Shown in pieces: positions 39,301-53,781 of a stretch of 64,000 nucleotides of DNA. Both the position numbers and the translations under genes were made by a program. This DNA is from Ophelia neglecta (taxonomy: Eukaryota), in assembly GCA_965285935.1 (NCBI GenBank), contig OZ260665.1:40672001-40736000 (forward strand). The letters run 5' to 3'. Every line of letters starts with the position of its first letter. Within the stretch, counting starts at the first letter, position 1. The notes beneath the pieces are model-generated. The model made no database searches. It saw only the letters and a list, made by a program, of their open reading frames with translations, and was not told where the DNA came from.

Positions 39301-42300
39301 GCGTCATCAACTTTTATTTTTGTTATTATCATTCTGATTACAAGCAAATTTCAGTTATGAAACTGGGGATTGTGTTGTTTCTGGACCCGTACTTGACGTT
39401 TCATGATTAATTCGAACCTAATTAATTGATTATTCTATCAGTGACTTTGCTTTGTCTGTCGGACATCCACTCATCTTACGGTTTTGGAGATACAAAACAT
39501 ATGTAAGGATATGATACAAAACTACTTATGGGATTAAACGAGTTCAAATCGAATTCGAACGGACAGTGTCAAATGATAAACCATATATTTTCAAAATGGG
39601 CTAATGAAGAAGATGGATGTGTATAATCACGTAGCAGTAAGGATCGGAAATTGGTAAAAGTCTGCAGTGCACGGGAATGTATTTCGCCTAACCCACTGTG
39701 GTTCTACTACAAAGAGAACAGGGGTGTATTTTTAAGACTATTTTGGCTCGGATCCTGGTATTCGCCAACCCGTGGCGCCTTCAAGAAAATTATTCATTCC
39801 TATTTTGACCATATATGCAAGACCAATAGCACAAGAAGTGTAGCACATCCGCCCAAATACAAAATTCTGTCAAGAAATCTTTGCCCAGGGCCTCTTTCGC
39901 CCTCATAGCAACATTAAATTATTTCTGACTATCACCAATAATGACGATTGTTGAAAATTTTGACTGATAGTCAAAGAAGAATATTTTTTCGTTTATTTCA
40001 CGAACGAGTTCTGTTGATTGCGTAATTGGTATTGTTTCGTCCTGTAATTTATAGTTGTAAGCTTTGAAAACCAACTTTCTGGTTAACCTGGCCACTTTGT
40101 TACTTTATTGACAGCTATCGGCCACTCGTACAATCTCTATAATACCCACACCGCCTGTATAGACCAGAGTTGATTTGATATGCCATACCCATCCTCTCTC
40201 TGCCTCTTACTTATATGTGACTTGATGCGCGGAGGTACAGTGTGCTAGTACTTGGCGGACAGCTTAAATGAGATGCTAGCCTTGAGACATGTGCTACCTT
40301 TTATCATGAGTTAAGAAATAGAAATAAAACGACCGAAACTTGCTATACTACGTTTCACAATTGGGAAGGAGAATATAGCAACCCACATCGTTGTACATCA
40401 GATCAATACACTGTGCCAACTACCACAATATTTGACTCTGCTTATATAGTGGCGAGGAAGATAGGCCTTATTGCTAATAAGAGTATAGAAAACATGTAGC
40501 CTATAGACCTACACCGTCTATTGCATACTAAATAATAACTGTCTTAAAGAAAGGCTATGATCAATAATGCTGACTGTGATGAATTGATCGAACTTGCTTC
40601 TTTTTCAGGCGTAGCTGAAAATAATAGGATCGTGTGTCTTTTTAAATAAAGTCTCATCAAATTGCTTAACAATGTGCTCTTTTAGAAGAAATGGCATTAG
40701 TTTGGCCTTGCAACGACTTGTCTTGTAACATTCCGCTTTGTCCTTGCGCATGCCCTTTCTCGTTCCTTTCCATCCGGTGAAGTCTTCCGCCAGCTGTGTC
40801 GACAGATAATTTGGGTGACTTTGGACATTTTGAGTTTCCCTTTTGCTTCCTTTCAGGTAGTACATGTTTTTTTCTTCATTATAACCTTATATGATATTTA
40901 CTAAGCTTAATTCATAAAGGAAGACGCCCTCGTTTGGTAAACCAAACCCTGGGGGTTTTATGACTTTTTATATATCCGCCAATGACCTACTCATGTAAAT
41001 ACTAACAGTGTCCTCGAGACATGCGTTTGAAAGACGAGGGGGATTAGGAAATTCAGAATAATGGTGGGATCAGATGTCTTCCTGAGACAAAGGATTAGGA
41101 GAATCAGTGCATCCCTTTCTAGTTCCCAGGAGTATTTGCCCCGTCGGTCTGCAGTTTGCGTTGAGGGTCATATCACCCTATTGGGATTTTGGGAACATTT
41201 GTTATCATTTGATGGATAACTAGACTCCTGGCAGCATTCCTGTAGTGGCTTAAACCCATGCTTCCCTGCGAGTTCGTTGAAATAAATGGAATAATTTTAT
41301 TGTATTTTATACGAAGGTTTATTATTTCCAAAAAAAAAAGAATCTAAGAGGGCAGGTTTCGTATTTATTCGTTTCTCCTCAGCTACCAAGAAAAATCAAT
41401 ACAAAATGTGTGCCTTTACGATGATTCAATAACCGGACAATTTAAGCTTAGTGCACGTGGAGACATCACTGTTTGAACTTGTTCGGATTAATGTAAATTA
41501 ATACTTGTGGCTTTGTCAATCCCTTAACGTCCTTGTGAACCCTGGAAATTATTACACATTTGCAGCAGGTTTTGTCTCGACTGTTTATAGGCTAATTGGC
41601 AAATATGATTTAACGGAAACATTTCTTGGTAGTTATAGAAAGCCCAAGCAGCGCGGTCAATATGATGTCACTATGAATGGTATTTGCATTTCACTTACTT
41701 ATTCTTATTATACTATGTCATTAAGTTATATAACAAGAAATGTTATGACGCAAATCCAAATTCTTTCTGCGAGTCAAGCATAAATATTTTTTCAGTTATA
41801 TATGTATAATAGCGGGATATTTATAATAAACATTTGTTTCCATTACTAAAGTTGACATTATAATTTCAACAATTATCTGTTTGCCACTTATTAAGCAAAA
41901 ACAACTGAAATCTTTGGTCGTCTGTGTAGACAACTAGAAAAAGATGTGTTGTTATTTTGTCGTAGATTATTTCAATACTTCAGCATTCTTAATTCCCATT
42001 CAGCAGCTCAGAGGGATAACCAGCCATAGCTACGGCCATGTACCGAGCCCTCGCAACGCTAAGCATTTATCCTGTTCTATTTGAACATCCCTCATTGATT
42101 TATATTTTGCCCCAGCCAAACAGCGCAAGGGAGAAGATATTGCTCCAAAATCAATTATACATTTTTGAGTTTGTCCTCGTAAGGCATTGTACCTAGTAGC
42201 AATATCCTATATTGTGAAGCGCCCAGTGTAGTTGATGAAGCTTTAGTGAGATGTGCTCTCGCGAGGAACATTGCGTAATTGAACAGGCAGCCATAGTTTG

Positions 42301-42574
42301 ATTTTTTCAAGAAATGACCAATAAGTCATCCAGGGTTCCATCCTTGATTTTCTTAGCTTTCAAGCAGTGCATTGCTTACATCTCTTTTAAAAAGGCAGTA
42401 TACGCCCATTGTTTCTCAGCTGAAAGTAATGCGCTTTCGCGTTGACCGGTGCTGTGCATCAACGAGCATGAATTATAACACCAACATTCGCTGTTTATAA
42501 TTTTTCTTGTAAGGTGTTCAATAGACACTGAGGCCAAAGCCGAAATACGCATTTTCTAAATAATGATGATCGTG

Positions 42575-42960
42575 CTTTGAGGTTAAGAAAATAACTTCAG
42601 TTTTATCCTCATCTAGGTTCTAAGACGGTTCAATTCAATCTATATTGGCTTATAGGACAAGTAACGCCTTTCAGAAAATGTTCAGGCTTAAATACTTTCA
42701 TCAGCAGAGCAAATATAGCACATTGCCCTGTTTTGTAGATTAAGCCAAAAGGCTTATTATAAAGACAGGCCCTAGGACAGGCCCTTGAGGTACCCCAACT
42801 ATTGAAATTCATGAAGAGAAGTCTATATCATTAACCGATTCTAGATCACCCGCACATCTGTGCACAATAACGGCATATACCATATCCCTCAAGAGGTGAA
42901 CCTCAACATAGTTCCTTTGTGGTTTTGTTCATGCTAGAATAGGCAGGCATTGGAATGTTG
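42575..42960 (-). pseudogene. Decayed L2/CR1-group LINE RT fragment
   Basis: Minus-strand VGVPQGPVLGP..., PFGLI, ADE (compare YADD) and DEDKTEVIFLTSK (compare LN.DKTE). Confidence 0.75.
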
Positions 42961-43999
42961 ATCATGTTTGCAAAGCATACTGAGTCGCGGGAAGAGGCAA
43001 AAATCATGTCGAATTTGACCTTGGGAACGTTATCTCGTCTTGACAAAAACACTTTCGTTTTCAGTTACCTTCTCTGTTTCGAATTTGAGATACAGCTAAA
43101 AGTGGACTTCAGGTGATGTCTGGTGGTCACTGGTCACGTGACACTATACTGGTATACCATTAATTTTCCAGGGAAGATGACGACAATTTGACCAGCGGAT
43201 ATCGCCGAAATGATAAGGCGATGTTGTAATAATTACGTAAACCGGCATGGAAATAAAATATCTTAACACTAATTGCAAAAGGGGCAAGTTAAACTAAATT
43301 GATTTAAGTACGCGCACTTGGCCTTGATGCGCGGAGGAACCTTGCGCTTTAAAATGAGATGCTGGCCTTGAAACATGTACAACGGACGCTTCATAGGCCA
43401 ATACACTCCCGTTCTTTTTGCATACTTCACGACGCGCTAAAATAAAAAAAATCTAACGTTACTGTACATGCTTCTCTAGATGTGCGATTCACTCCACCCC
43501 TCACTTCATCTCACAAGCTTAATATACTGTGTATTCTCCATTCAACGGCGCTAATAAAATAGTTTACAGCGTTTAAAACTCTAAAAATTCGATCCGTGAG
43601 CTTCTGTCGCGATGAGTGGTGAATTGTTTGCAGACAGCTTTATGTCCTGTCTTTTCATGCGTTAATTCTCCTGTAACAGTTCAGGTTATCGACAATAAAC
43701 ATGATCTTTTTCTGGAACCTGCCAGACCGTTCAAGCACAGCTATATGTCCTGGCTGGAGAAACCCACCGTGTTTCGTACTCCCGATAAAATGAAGTATCA
43801 CTTTATAAGAATGGGACGTTTCCCGGGCAAATGATGCCGCGCAATCATTCTTCTACCCTAGTAACGTATGGGGCGCGACCTCGGTTTCAAAGTCTTTAGA
43901 GAACGACATCCTGGCTTTATCCTATTGGAAGTCAGGATACAATTACCAAATATCCAGCCATCGATCAATTTGATTATATTAAGAGTTTTTTCAAAGATT

Positions 44000-44800
44000 G
44001 ATTTACTCGGGGAAAGCTGACGGGGGACACAGGTGGGCCTCTATGTTGCCAATATGTTCGGTAACCTCGAGGGAGGGTGCACATTGAAACTCTCCTTGAG
44101 CCATTTGCATCAGATCATGCAGCCATCCAATATTTACAGTGTGTAAAGCTTCGTAGACACAGACCCCAAACCCTCTAACATCATAAAACGTGCAAAAGAA
44201 CGTACTACACAATATAAAAACTAGGCAAAATACCCTGCCTGTGGACGCTTGCACCCTCTATATAAGAGGCAATATTAGCTCGGTCTTTAGACTGTCTCAG
44301 ATACTTAATTCTGGATAGCCTAACACTGGCATCTTAGCTTGACCTCCCGTATACCCACATTGGTCAGCAGCTGGAAAGCCTTGCAGGGTTACCGCTGGCC
44401 ATCTCATCGCAACTCAAGTGACATTGAGATATGTGCCAAGATGACGAGCAGTGGTGCACCGCGTGGCCGTCCTTAATTAGGATACCACCTGTCACATTAG
44501 GTCCTCTATACCAGTTAATCCTTGCTAAAGAATGTATACAATACATGTTAAACCATTTTAATCTACATCGTGAGACTTTTGGCTCCGTTTCGGTTTGAAT
44601 AATAACAGGTTTTGCATAAACAGTGTCCTGAATGGAGAGGTCAAGGTCACAAGAGGATTGACACTTCCTACACCCCCCTGAGGTATAACCAAGAACAAGT
44701 TAAGAGAAAGAAAATCAACTCTAACTGATTTACGTGTCTTAACGCCAACAATGATGACAAGGAGAAATAGGTCTTTACAGGCCAGGCCTAAGTAGGGAAG
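44000..44800 (-). pseudogene. Decayed LINE RT and C-terminal fragment (RTE-X-like)
   Basis: Minus-strand VIPQGGV..NPL, then HLG and LLTNVG-like blocks in RT C-terminal order. Frameshifted. Confidence 0.5.
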
Positions 44801-45819
44801 ATGGAATCGCAAATTAATCTGTTATAAAAATATTCCCTAAATAGATGTGATAATACCATTCCGCGTACCATCCTACTTTAATATCAGATGAGCTTCCATT
44901 ATACCATGGCCCGTTATCTTTTATCCCATTTTTTCAAATCTTTAAAAGCCACACAGAGAAGTTGGCTTTATATCCCTGACGGGGTATAGCTTTTTGTCGG
45001 TTTGGGCGATTAAAGTTTAGGGCCAGCGAGTATTCCTTTACCTTCGATGTGTGTTAAATGGGGGCCGCACGATATTTTATTTCGATACTGATTTTCCACC
45101 TAGTATTACCCACTGTATCTCAAAATCATTGGTGGTCTTAAGATACTTTTAATTATCATTACATCAAAAGCAATCTGCACAAAGAGTTAAACTGATTGCA
45201 TGTTACGACGAACCAGTAGATTGAGGTTAGTTTAATGGTCTGACATCATTTCAGTTACAAAGAATTTGTTAAAGCGACGGTGATGATTCGTTTAGATTGA
45301 AACACCTGAATATACATACTAGACTTGTACTTTCTATACATATATACATGTGAATGGGGGTCGAAATAGCCGTGGGCAGCACAATCGATTAATATTTGAA
45401 GATGTTTCTCAGTGTAGTGACTCCTGGGACCAGTGTCAGCTGGAGTGTCAGCTTCCCTTTGATGGCCATGTAGATAGCGGCAGTATTTTTTGTAGTGAAC
45501 AATATTCCTTAAAGCTAGATGCGATAAACCGATCCATTTAAATGTTCTGGTATCCTTTTTGTTGCTTCAATTGGAGTATGTTCTGTTACGCCTGTTTTGT
45601 TTGCAAAACTTAAAAGGCAGAAAAGTCAAACAAGCGAGCCGCAGACATCAAATGGGAGTAATGGGATGGGTGGGGGTCGTTTTTAAGCGTATAATTGTAA
45701 GATTGTGGACAATAGTTAGTCAAAGCTGGTAAGTAAAAAAACTGTCGAGATCCAGATTATTACAGTAATAGCACCTTCAGCGTAGGCCTATAAGAGGGAG
45801 GTCATTAATTATTAAAAGA

Positions 45820-46298
45820 GGGCGTCGACGATGAGGGAAGTGATGTTGTGATCTGGGAGGAAAAGCACGAAACTCCCCCTAGCTCCCTGATGGAGATGGG
45901 GTTATAAAAACCTCTGCCCGTACGAGGGCGGGCCACAAGGCTCTTTCTTCTTGTCGGAGCGCATTCCCCTCTGAGAACTGGAGCGCATCCCTTGTCGGAG
46001 CGCAATTCTTTATCGGAGTGGCTATCCTTCCTATCAAGGTCACTTTTTCCTATCAGAGTAGGCCTATTCTTTCCTATATCTGCATTCTATTTTATCGGGA
46101 CGCACTCTTCTCTGAGCACTAGAGCGCACTTCCTTATGGGAGAGTCCTTCCGTATTGCAGTGACCCTTCCCATCGTCCATAAAGAAAATACACTTATTCT
46201 CGTTAATGGTATAAGGGAGGGAAGTATGAAAACTAAATCTTAATTCACAATCACTAGCGCCCCCCCCCCCCCCCCCCCAATAAATAGCTACACGCCCT
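45820..46298. repeat. Degenerate ~18-20-bp minisatellite (CGGAGCGCATTC..) inside a possible hAT-like MITE with a poly-C end
   Basis: Repeated GAGCGCA(T/C)T units at ~45955-46135, a long C run at ~46260-46278, and partial inverted ends AGGGCGT (~45819) and ACGCCCT (~46292). No TSD seen. Confidence 0.45.
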
Positions 46299-47059
46299 AA
46301 CTTACACTGATGTTACCTTTTTGTTGAGTGAATAATTATGTTAGCGTTTGACTAATTCCTAGGAAGCCTGTTCAAATGGTAGCAGTATTTACTCTCACGA
46401 CAGCGCACGAACAACAGCACGCATGACGAGTCTTAAAAAGTCGCAATCTTTGTTTCTCACTCAAATTGGTGCCGAGTCAGGTTTATCATTTGGTGTTGGT
46501 TTCCATCCAAGAAGCCTCTGAGTTTAGGAGACTTGCACGTGCACCCACTTTCAGGGGTGTGTTTGCCAGCACCTATTGAGTTTCCAACCTTGTAAATTAA
46601 TGAATTGTAAATTAATGAACCGACTACCATCAGCATGGTCTTGACTTTTCGTTAATCATATCCTCTCACCAGATAGGCTAAATCCCTATGTTATAATCGC
46701 GCCTACTCAAGTAAAAAGCCATGTGGACTGACAGTTGGTGAGTAGGCCTACCCGATGAAGAATCACGAAAAAAGACATTCTTCATATTTATATCGCCGCC
46801 TCAGAACAATTTGCAATGTTAATTGTGCTCATGCTCTTAAAAACCTAGGAATCAGAATAATACTGATTGAATTAATGCTTTGGGTACGAAATCCTCAAAC
46901 ATCATTCCGCAAAGACTCAGCGCGGAGGAATTAGCCAGCCACCAGCTTATTGGGAGTTCCCAAACGACGCCATTATCAGGTATCAATGCATCAATCAATT
47001 AAACTCACACTAGGAATCGGACAAATTCATAAAAAAAACTAGATTTGCGACTCGGTGGG

Positions 47060-47230
47060 CGGAATCGTTATATGGGTCAGTGGCCTTGCCGGTGTTTTAG
47101 ACAATCAGAGAATCAGCAGACGACTGGTGATGTACGCCCAGCATGGAGTATCATTGAGCGGACGACACTGGATCATCCCTCAGTGTCTATTACAACACCA
47201 CCCTGCCTCGGCGGTATGCAAATACAGCCT
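47060..47230 (+). mobile_element. Nin-domain SINE remnant (3' conserved block)
   Basis: CAGAGAATCAGCAGACGACTGGTGATGTACGCCCAGCATGGAGTATCATTGAGCGGACGACACTGGATCATCCCTCAGTGTCTATTACAACACC closely matches my recollection of Nin-SINE consensus. Confidence 0.7.
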
Positions 47231-50200
47231 CAATAATTAGGGCTATTCACCAAGAAATCTATTGCGTTGGCAATCGATTTTCACAGCATTCCGAAGGTAA
47301 TTGTTTGCGATGGGTACCAGGGATGGGCGGTGTTGTGGCTTACGTGCGGGGCTTTAAAGAGAGAGCAATACATGTGGAAAGGGTCGCTTGTCCTGCCCCG
47401 GGGACGGCATTCAACTGCTAGGCACGCCAACTTATTACATAAACTCCGAACGAAAGCAAATTCGTTTGCATTGATCAGGGTCTACATATCTAGATTTAAT
47501 ATATTTCATATCTTCCATTTGTTGGCGCGCTCCTGCCTGCGTTACATTCATTTACAAGCAAATGCTTGGTTTTGTAACACAGTATAACAATAAAAATGGT
47601 TTATACCTGTTTATTATCACTTGTGAATAGATATGTATAATATACTATACTTGTGTATCCAAATATATAACTGTGAGATCTAATTAACTTTCATAACAAA
47701 TGTTGACCATGAAGCCACATTTGTTCGTGAAACCACAGATATTAATCATAGTTCATCTATCTGGTCCCTGAGTCTAAATACAAATGACGACCACAGAGAT
47801 AATAGGCAGGTTTTATAAACAAGTATGGGGTGTAGGTCTATAATCCGTATACGTGTACAGAGATTATAAGGTGAGAAGCTAGCGTTGTTATAGTGAAGAT
47901 CGGAGCTATTGTGTGACAACTGGTGACTTTATTTTGAAGTGACTGGTTATAAGGGTCACTGTATATCATTTGACTAAAGAGAACTGACCCGATCGTGATT
48001 TTTTATTACTCTGACCATTATATTAACTCATATTCCGATTTTTGGGCTGAATGAATGCCTATCCACATTGAATAGCAATTGATGTTCCACCTAGTCGTGC
48101 ACATGAGCACAATTGCCAAGTAGGAACAAAGCTTGTTGGCCATCTCTTAAACAAGTCTTGGGTTCCTCTGTGTGTATTAGCCAGCTGAGACAAGCAGGCA
48201 GCCTACATGACTTTAACGAAGCGCCCCAAGGCGAACTGGTCATCCGGGGCCCAATTAATTCTCCTCCTTAGGGACTGACACATACAGCATATTTGTCTTC
48301 TGTTGACCACTAATAAAGCCATTCGGGTGATCCACTGTAGTCGTTAACGTGGTAGTCTGCTGGCAACTCGATTACTTTCTTACCATTATTTGATTCTGGA
48401 CCTTGGAGCCAGAGTTCGGCGTGTGATTTTATCACATTGTCTTTGAAAATGGCGCTATTCTTCCAGCTTATAGGACTGTAGTGGTTTTATATGCTGAAAA
48501 TCATGGAAATCCCAACTTGTCTATCTGGAAGCTAGCTCATTATCGTGTATAGAAGTGGAACAGATTCGTCCTAGATAATCCTTTCAGCAAAGCTGTGACG
48601 GTCCAGCCAAGGGGCCCAGCATATATAAAATGGTAAATACAGGCATGATGTATACCCAATCCAAATAAACATAGACAGCACACGGAGTATCGACAAAGAC
48701 GAATAAGAAGAAAAATTAAACGGATAAGACGGACAAGAGCACAATTACTATAATGACTGCGTCCTCCGGCCATTCCCAAACACACCAAAATGTATCCTTG
48801 ATCAGACTTCTTACATTCTAAATCAAATAGTGCCTTAAATGTCTTATAGAATCATCTTAAACGCATGTCGTTGATTTCAGAGCATAATTATTCACCGATA
48901 TAAATCTAAAGTTAAATCGAAAAAAAGATAGTAGGTCAGTCCGTTGTTTAACTTTTAGGGGTCGATCAGTAGGCAATCTTATGATTTGAGTACGACGCTG
49001 TGCATTTTGCAATTATTCAAGCTTGGATTTGATCAGTTTATGTGGAGTGGGTACGCTTTATATAGTTTCAAACGTACGATATTTGCGGATAAATTATAAT
49101 TTTTTTGTAAAAATTGTGAAAGGATCGGCAATCAAAAGATTCATAAGGGCTACCTATACTTAACATCGCAGACTAGAAGCACCCTTCAAACTAACCAGAT
49201 ATTAATTAAGAAAAAAAAAGCTAAATCAGAAATCATATCCGTTACCAAAAACTGCCTACTTAGGTACTGTCTATGTAAAACTGTTTATATTCATCAAAAA
49301 TTAGAAAATCTTGTAAATGTATATTTCACGAGACATGGTATATAAAAACATGCTTCTGTTTAATATTCATTTTTTTCGGGACGATTTTCAGATTCAACAA
49401 ATCTGAAGCCAAAAGTTATTGATTTTAACCGTAAAATGACGGGTGTTTGTGTGATTCAACAACCAAACACGATTCCGGGTGTTGGCAAAAGTAAGTTATA
49501 TCTAAAGTATATATAGGTCTAGTGCAAAACTGGTACAGGTCAACATTGTATGAGAGTCACACCCTTCATACAAAAGGACGTTTTGCTAAATTGGAAATGA
49601 GCAGAGGTAGTCAGAGCTATGTTGTCTCAGTCCACATGCTTCGGCAAGCCTTTCTTTTTCTGATTTAAAACGATCATTTTAGTTATAGGGTTGATTCCCG
49701 TGCTAGCGCTTGAGATAGAGACAACTGAAATGTTTGTTATTTCTATGTAATCTAACGTATAGGGCATATTTCCTGTTTTGGACCTCAAAATATACCGCAG
49801 CAAACTTATATCTAATCTAACTGTCATGGAAGAATTATTTCCCGACCACAGTCTTGTCAATTCTTCTTTATATTATGCGTTTTGACGATACACTTGAGAT
49901 GATTGTGTGAATTGCCTATGATCTGACAGATCTCCAGGCACTCACAGTCCAATCAAGCACCTTTTTGGGGAGACAGTGGGTGTTCTGCTTTCATGCTGAG
50001 CACGTGATGTGCGATGCGTGTCTTCTCCCAGAGGGCGTGTATGGGCTACGACTCCAGACGCCATTCTGACAGAAGACACCCATCAAAAGCCCTCTAGAGC
50101 CCGCTTGAGGCAAAACTTGGAGTGATAGGGAGGTCATGATCGACTAAAGTGCGCCCTCTATATCCGTCCCTGGGTACGGTGGCCGGATTATAATGTGACA

Positions 50201-52239
50201 ATACAAATAGGAGTAGCCTGGGAAGTAAGCTGAAGTACGTAAATTACGGTCTTGATTAGGACGGGTCCAAGCTGCTAGCGGACACTAGAGAAATCTTAGC
50301 ATCCTCATTCTGAATGGGCGGAAATCATTGCTGGGCCTCTCTTTGGTGATAGTCTCCGTGATCGGCATTCGTGCCTAATTTCCACAGGTTTATCGGTGAC
50401 AGTCGGGGCGTCGATTGTTCAATTATGGATACATAACTGCAGTGGATTTGCAGCTGTGCTGGGTAACGTCAGCCTAGACACTCAGGCATATCGTTTAATG
50501 TTTCTTTACAAGCTGGGCAGATGGAACATTTCAACCATTTCTAAATATTGTTAAGTCAATTACTCCTGCAACATCCCCACTCAATGAATGTGTTTATAAA
50601 AAAAACACGAAAATTAGATAGTTTAATTTGGCTTTCTATCCAGAATTAGCATGAATAGGCTTATGCATTTATAGCCTAGTGTATTGGGCAAATAATTTGA
50701 GGTTAAAGAAATCTGAATTATTAGTATTATGCAATACACGTTAAGGTATCCGGGACCATAAACGCTCCTATGAAGCCTATAGCTAGGCCTGCATGGGCCT
50801 AAACCAATGAAAGTCAGATGTCTATAATTGTCCGCTCCCAGAGACGCTCTAACCCCTTGGGCATGTTCAATTAACCAACGACCACTGTTGAAAGTTTTCA
50901 AGCTGAATTAATCTTGTCGTGCCATCACTTCTCAGGCTATAGGATACTACACTAATAATTATGGCGCATTGATCTTGTATGTAGATGAATTTAGTCCCAG
51001 AATATAGTGCGTCGGGAAACTCGAGACCGTGGCCAAATGGCCTGCTGCATTGATGTTGATTGTATTGATAATATGCGTGTCTTCTTGGCGTATGAATGTG
51101 CTCCATATATGGATATATCGGCGGTTTTAGAAAAATTGTGGTTGCCTTGCACTGGGAGTAGTGAGTGATAAGCCGATTACGCATGTGTTAAAATGGGGTT
51201 ACTTCAAAAAGCTAGGTCTTTTGAAGAAAAATGACACATAACCTACGCTGAGTTTTTGATATTATATGGGCCTTGGATGAAACACCTTAGCAGCAAATGG
51301 CCTGAATCGCTAGCAATGTACAGAATTTATACGAATGTCATAATGGCCACCAATGGGAAATGAATTAATATGTTATATCCTACACTGGTATGGTAATATG
51401 AGGCGAATCGACCCACGAGAGATAAACGCGAGCCGCTTACAGACTAACGACTAGCATGACTTAGGTTTAGGTGGAACAGTGGCTGAAGCAACAATTATCT
51501 GCCAGGCACTCGCAGAGATTCCGTAGAAACCGATGACAGCCCTGTGCCGTACTTCGGATGAAATATAAAACCAGCACTCGTATAGGTGAACACGCATACT
51601 GCTTACAGGAAGTCGACATATTGTGTTGGTTAACAAGGTAAAAATGGCGATGGTTGTCTATAAAACAGATCTATACAGCTAAAGACGGGTCAGCTCGGGT
51701 ACTAGGCTTCAGACGTACATGTACTTCTAAAGACGGAGCAAAGCACGGCTCGTTATTGGCTAGCCATGAAGGACAAGTGAACTTTGAGTTGAGTCAAAGC
51801 CTTACAAGGACAGAACAGGCCAAGGCTTAGCATCTTGACTTTTCACACGGCAATTTATAATAGTTCCATAAAAGTATGCAGAAGGTTTAAACTAAGTAAC
51901 ATACCTTCATCACGGCATCTTTTCGATGTATTCGTGTTCAATCAATGACCTAATTTATAACCACACGCCGCGAGAGGTTCAGCTGAGCAATGGCATTTTG
52001 GACATATTTTTTATTAAAAGGTTATTATGTAAAACATGAAGCATGTAATTATGTCAAAGTAGTAAAGTACACCAGACACTTAAGAAATCCTAGTGGGTTT
52101 GTCATGGTTTAATATAGAAATATCTGCTTTTAAAAGTAGACTCAATGTTTCATCGGAAGTATAAAAAAACGCTAAATGGAACTAATCTAGGTTTAAATTG
52201 CATGCTCGAGGTTTCATGACTGGTCAACGACTTTGATAG

Positions 52240-52800
52240 ATCAAAAACGTTAAAGGCAGTGTATGAGGACTTCATGGATTGCACCCAAGAGCTAGTGATT
52301 CCACTGTTTTGCCACCAAACTGCTTCCCTGTAGCCAAATGGGGAATATATGTTCTGTGGTAAGTACGAAGACTGGAGCTCTTACTTACATTAAGTGACAA
52401 TAATGGCATTAAAAGCTGCCGGTTTGCCCCCTAGCTACTAAAGCTGACTCGTTATAGCCCTTTAGATGATTTCATACGATTGCAAGTCAGTTATGGAGTT
52501 ATCAAAGCCTCCAGTGGTTCCTGACAGACTGCGGCCTTCTTCCAGACGACCAATCGGCTTATCGGCTTTAAGCGATACATACGTGACAGCCTTCATTAAA
52601 CTGAAAATCTCTTTAAGCTTAAATACCATTTTGTTGGAGACAATCTCTTGTGGAGCTGTTAAGCTTCAATGCGGTTCTCTTATAATCTACAAATACAGTT
52701 GCGACCTTAAGAAGGCCTAGCTCATGTATGATCGGACAAACTGTACAATCTGGACCTGACTCGCGGATCTGTCCTGTAGAAACAGGTGTCCCAGTCAGGT
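52240..52800 (+). pseudogene. Decayed tyrosine recombinase of a DIRS/Ngaro-type element
   Basis: Ordered fragments SSYLH*VT..LKAAGLP, SSRRPIGLSAL (compare D.R.PIT..L) and GQTVQSGPDSRICPV (compare CPV.A). Stops and frameshifts present. Confidence 0.45.
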
Positions 52801-52994
52801 CCATCGCCCATGCCGGGGCATGATTAGGCCTAGTTCCGAATGAATTTGACAGAAAATATAGGAACTTTCAATAACAGTCAAGTAGGTTTATATAGAGACC
52901 TGGACTGCCCGATACGCTCGCCAATTAACTCCCTTTAATTATGGATCCTATTCATTAAGAACGGGCTCAGCAACATCCCCCGATCCATTTCCCT

Positions 52995-53375
52995 GTGTAC
53001 CTAGCTCCCCCCCCCCCCCCCAAGCCCGGTGCCAGCAACATCTCCGGTGCATATCCCTTTTCCCACAGCCCTTATTTCCAGACCCCTTCCTCCTCTATTC
53101 TCCGCCCCCTTACCCCCCCCCCCCCCTTCCTTCAACTCATCGCCAAACACCACCACTCTATTTCTCCAAAGCTTTTCAGTGGTCGGCGCCAGACACAAGC
53201 CCCTGCTTCAAAGCCCCTACCCCCGGTTCGTTGCTTTACTAGACAGCCATGCATGGATACAGCCTGTCACTTTACCATCCAGTGCCCCCACCCCACCCTC
53301 AACCCCCACCCCCACGCCCAAACAAAACATCCTTGTTTGTCCCACCAGCTGTCCTCTCTCTCATCCTCGCCCTAA
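52995..53375. repeat. C-rich low-complexity tract
   Basis: Multiple poly-C runs and CCCCAC repeats that generate Pro-rich and Gly-rich pseudo-ORFs. Confidence 0.85.
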
Positions 53376-53743
53376 TCCTGTTATTATCCAGTCCATATAA
53401 TTATTTGAACAATCGCATTATATCTATTTTAATTAAGGAAGTATTACGGTAAAGGAAATGAGGATTGGATAACTAATATAACCATATTCCCCTTAATCAG
53501 CCTTCGATTATATCGGATACATGGTAAAATCACTGCGTTGGGGGTAAATCGCCCACATTCCGGCCCCCTTGACAATTCTGCTCAATAACTTTCCTATCTG
53601 TCACTCGATAAACGGCGAATGCTGGCATCATCGCTTCTATATAAAAGAAGTCGGGCAGATCGTTGCTTTTTGCTGATTTAATCTATGTCTTAAAACAAAT
53701 AATCAACAAGTGTTATAAGTCAGGGAAGACAAGGATTTAAATC

Positions 53744-53781
53744 CGGCCCCGTGGTAACGGCCCCGTGGTACCGGCCCCGTG
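53744..53781. repeat. Short tandem repeat CGGCCCCGTGGTA x ~3
   Basis: Directly visible 14-bp spacing. Confidence 0.85.

Noticed and set aside
40605-40865. Possible Sola transposase N-terminal fragment
   Set aside because: Only a vague compositional resemblance.
42525-42550. Hammerhead-like CTGAGGCCAAAGCCGAAA (similar CTGAGGGCCGAAAC at ~57395)
   Set aside because: CUGANGA core is incomplete and stems I and III are not evident.
52995-53452. Pro-rich ORFs of 123-126 aa
   Set aside because: Produced by poly-C low-complexity DNA.
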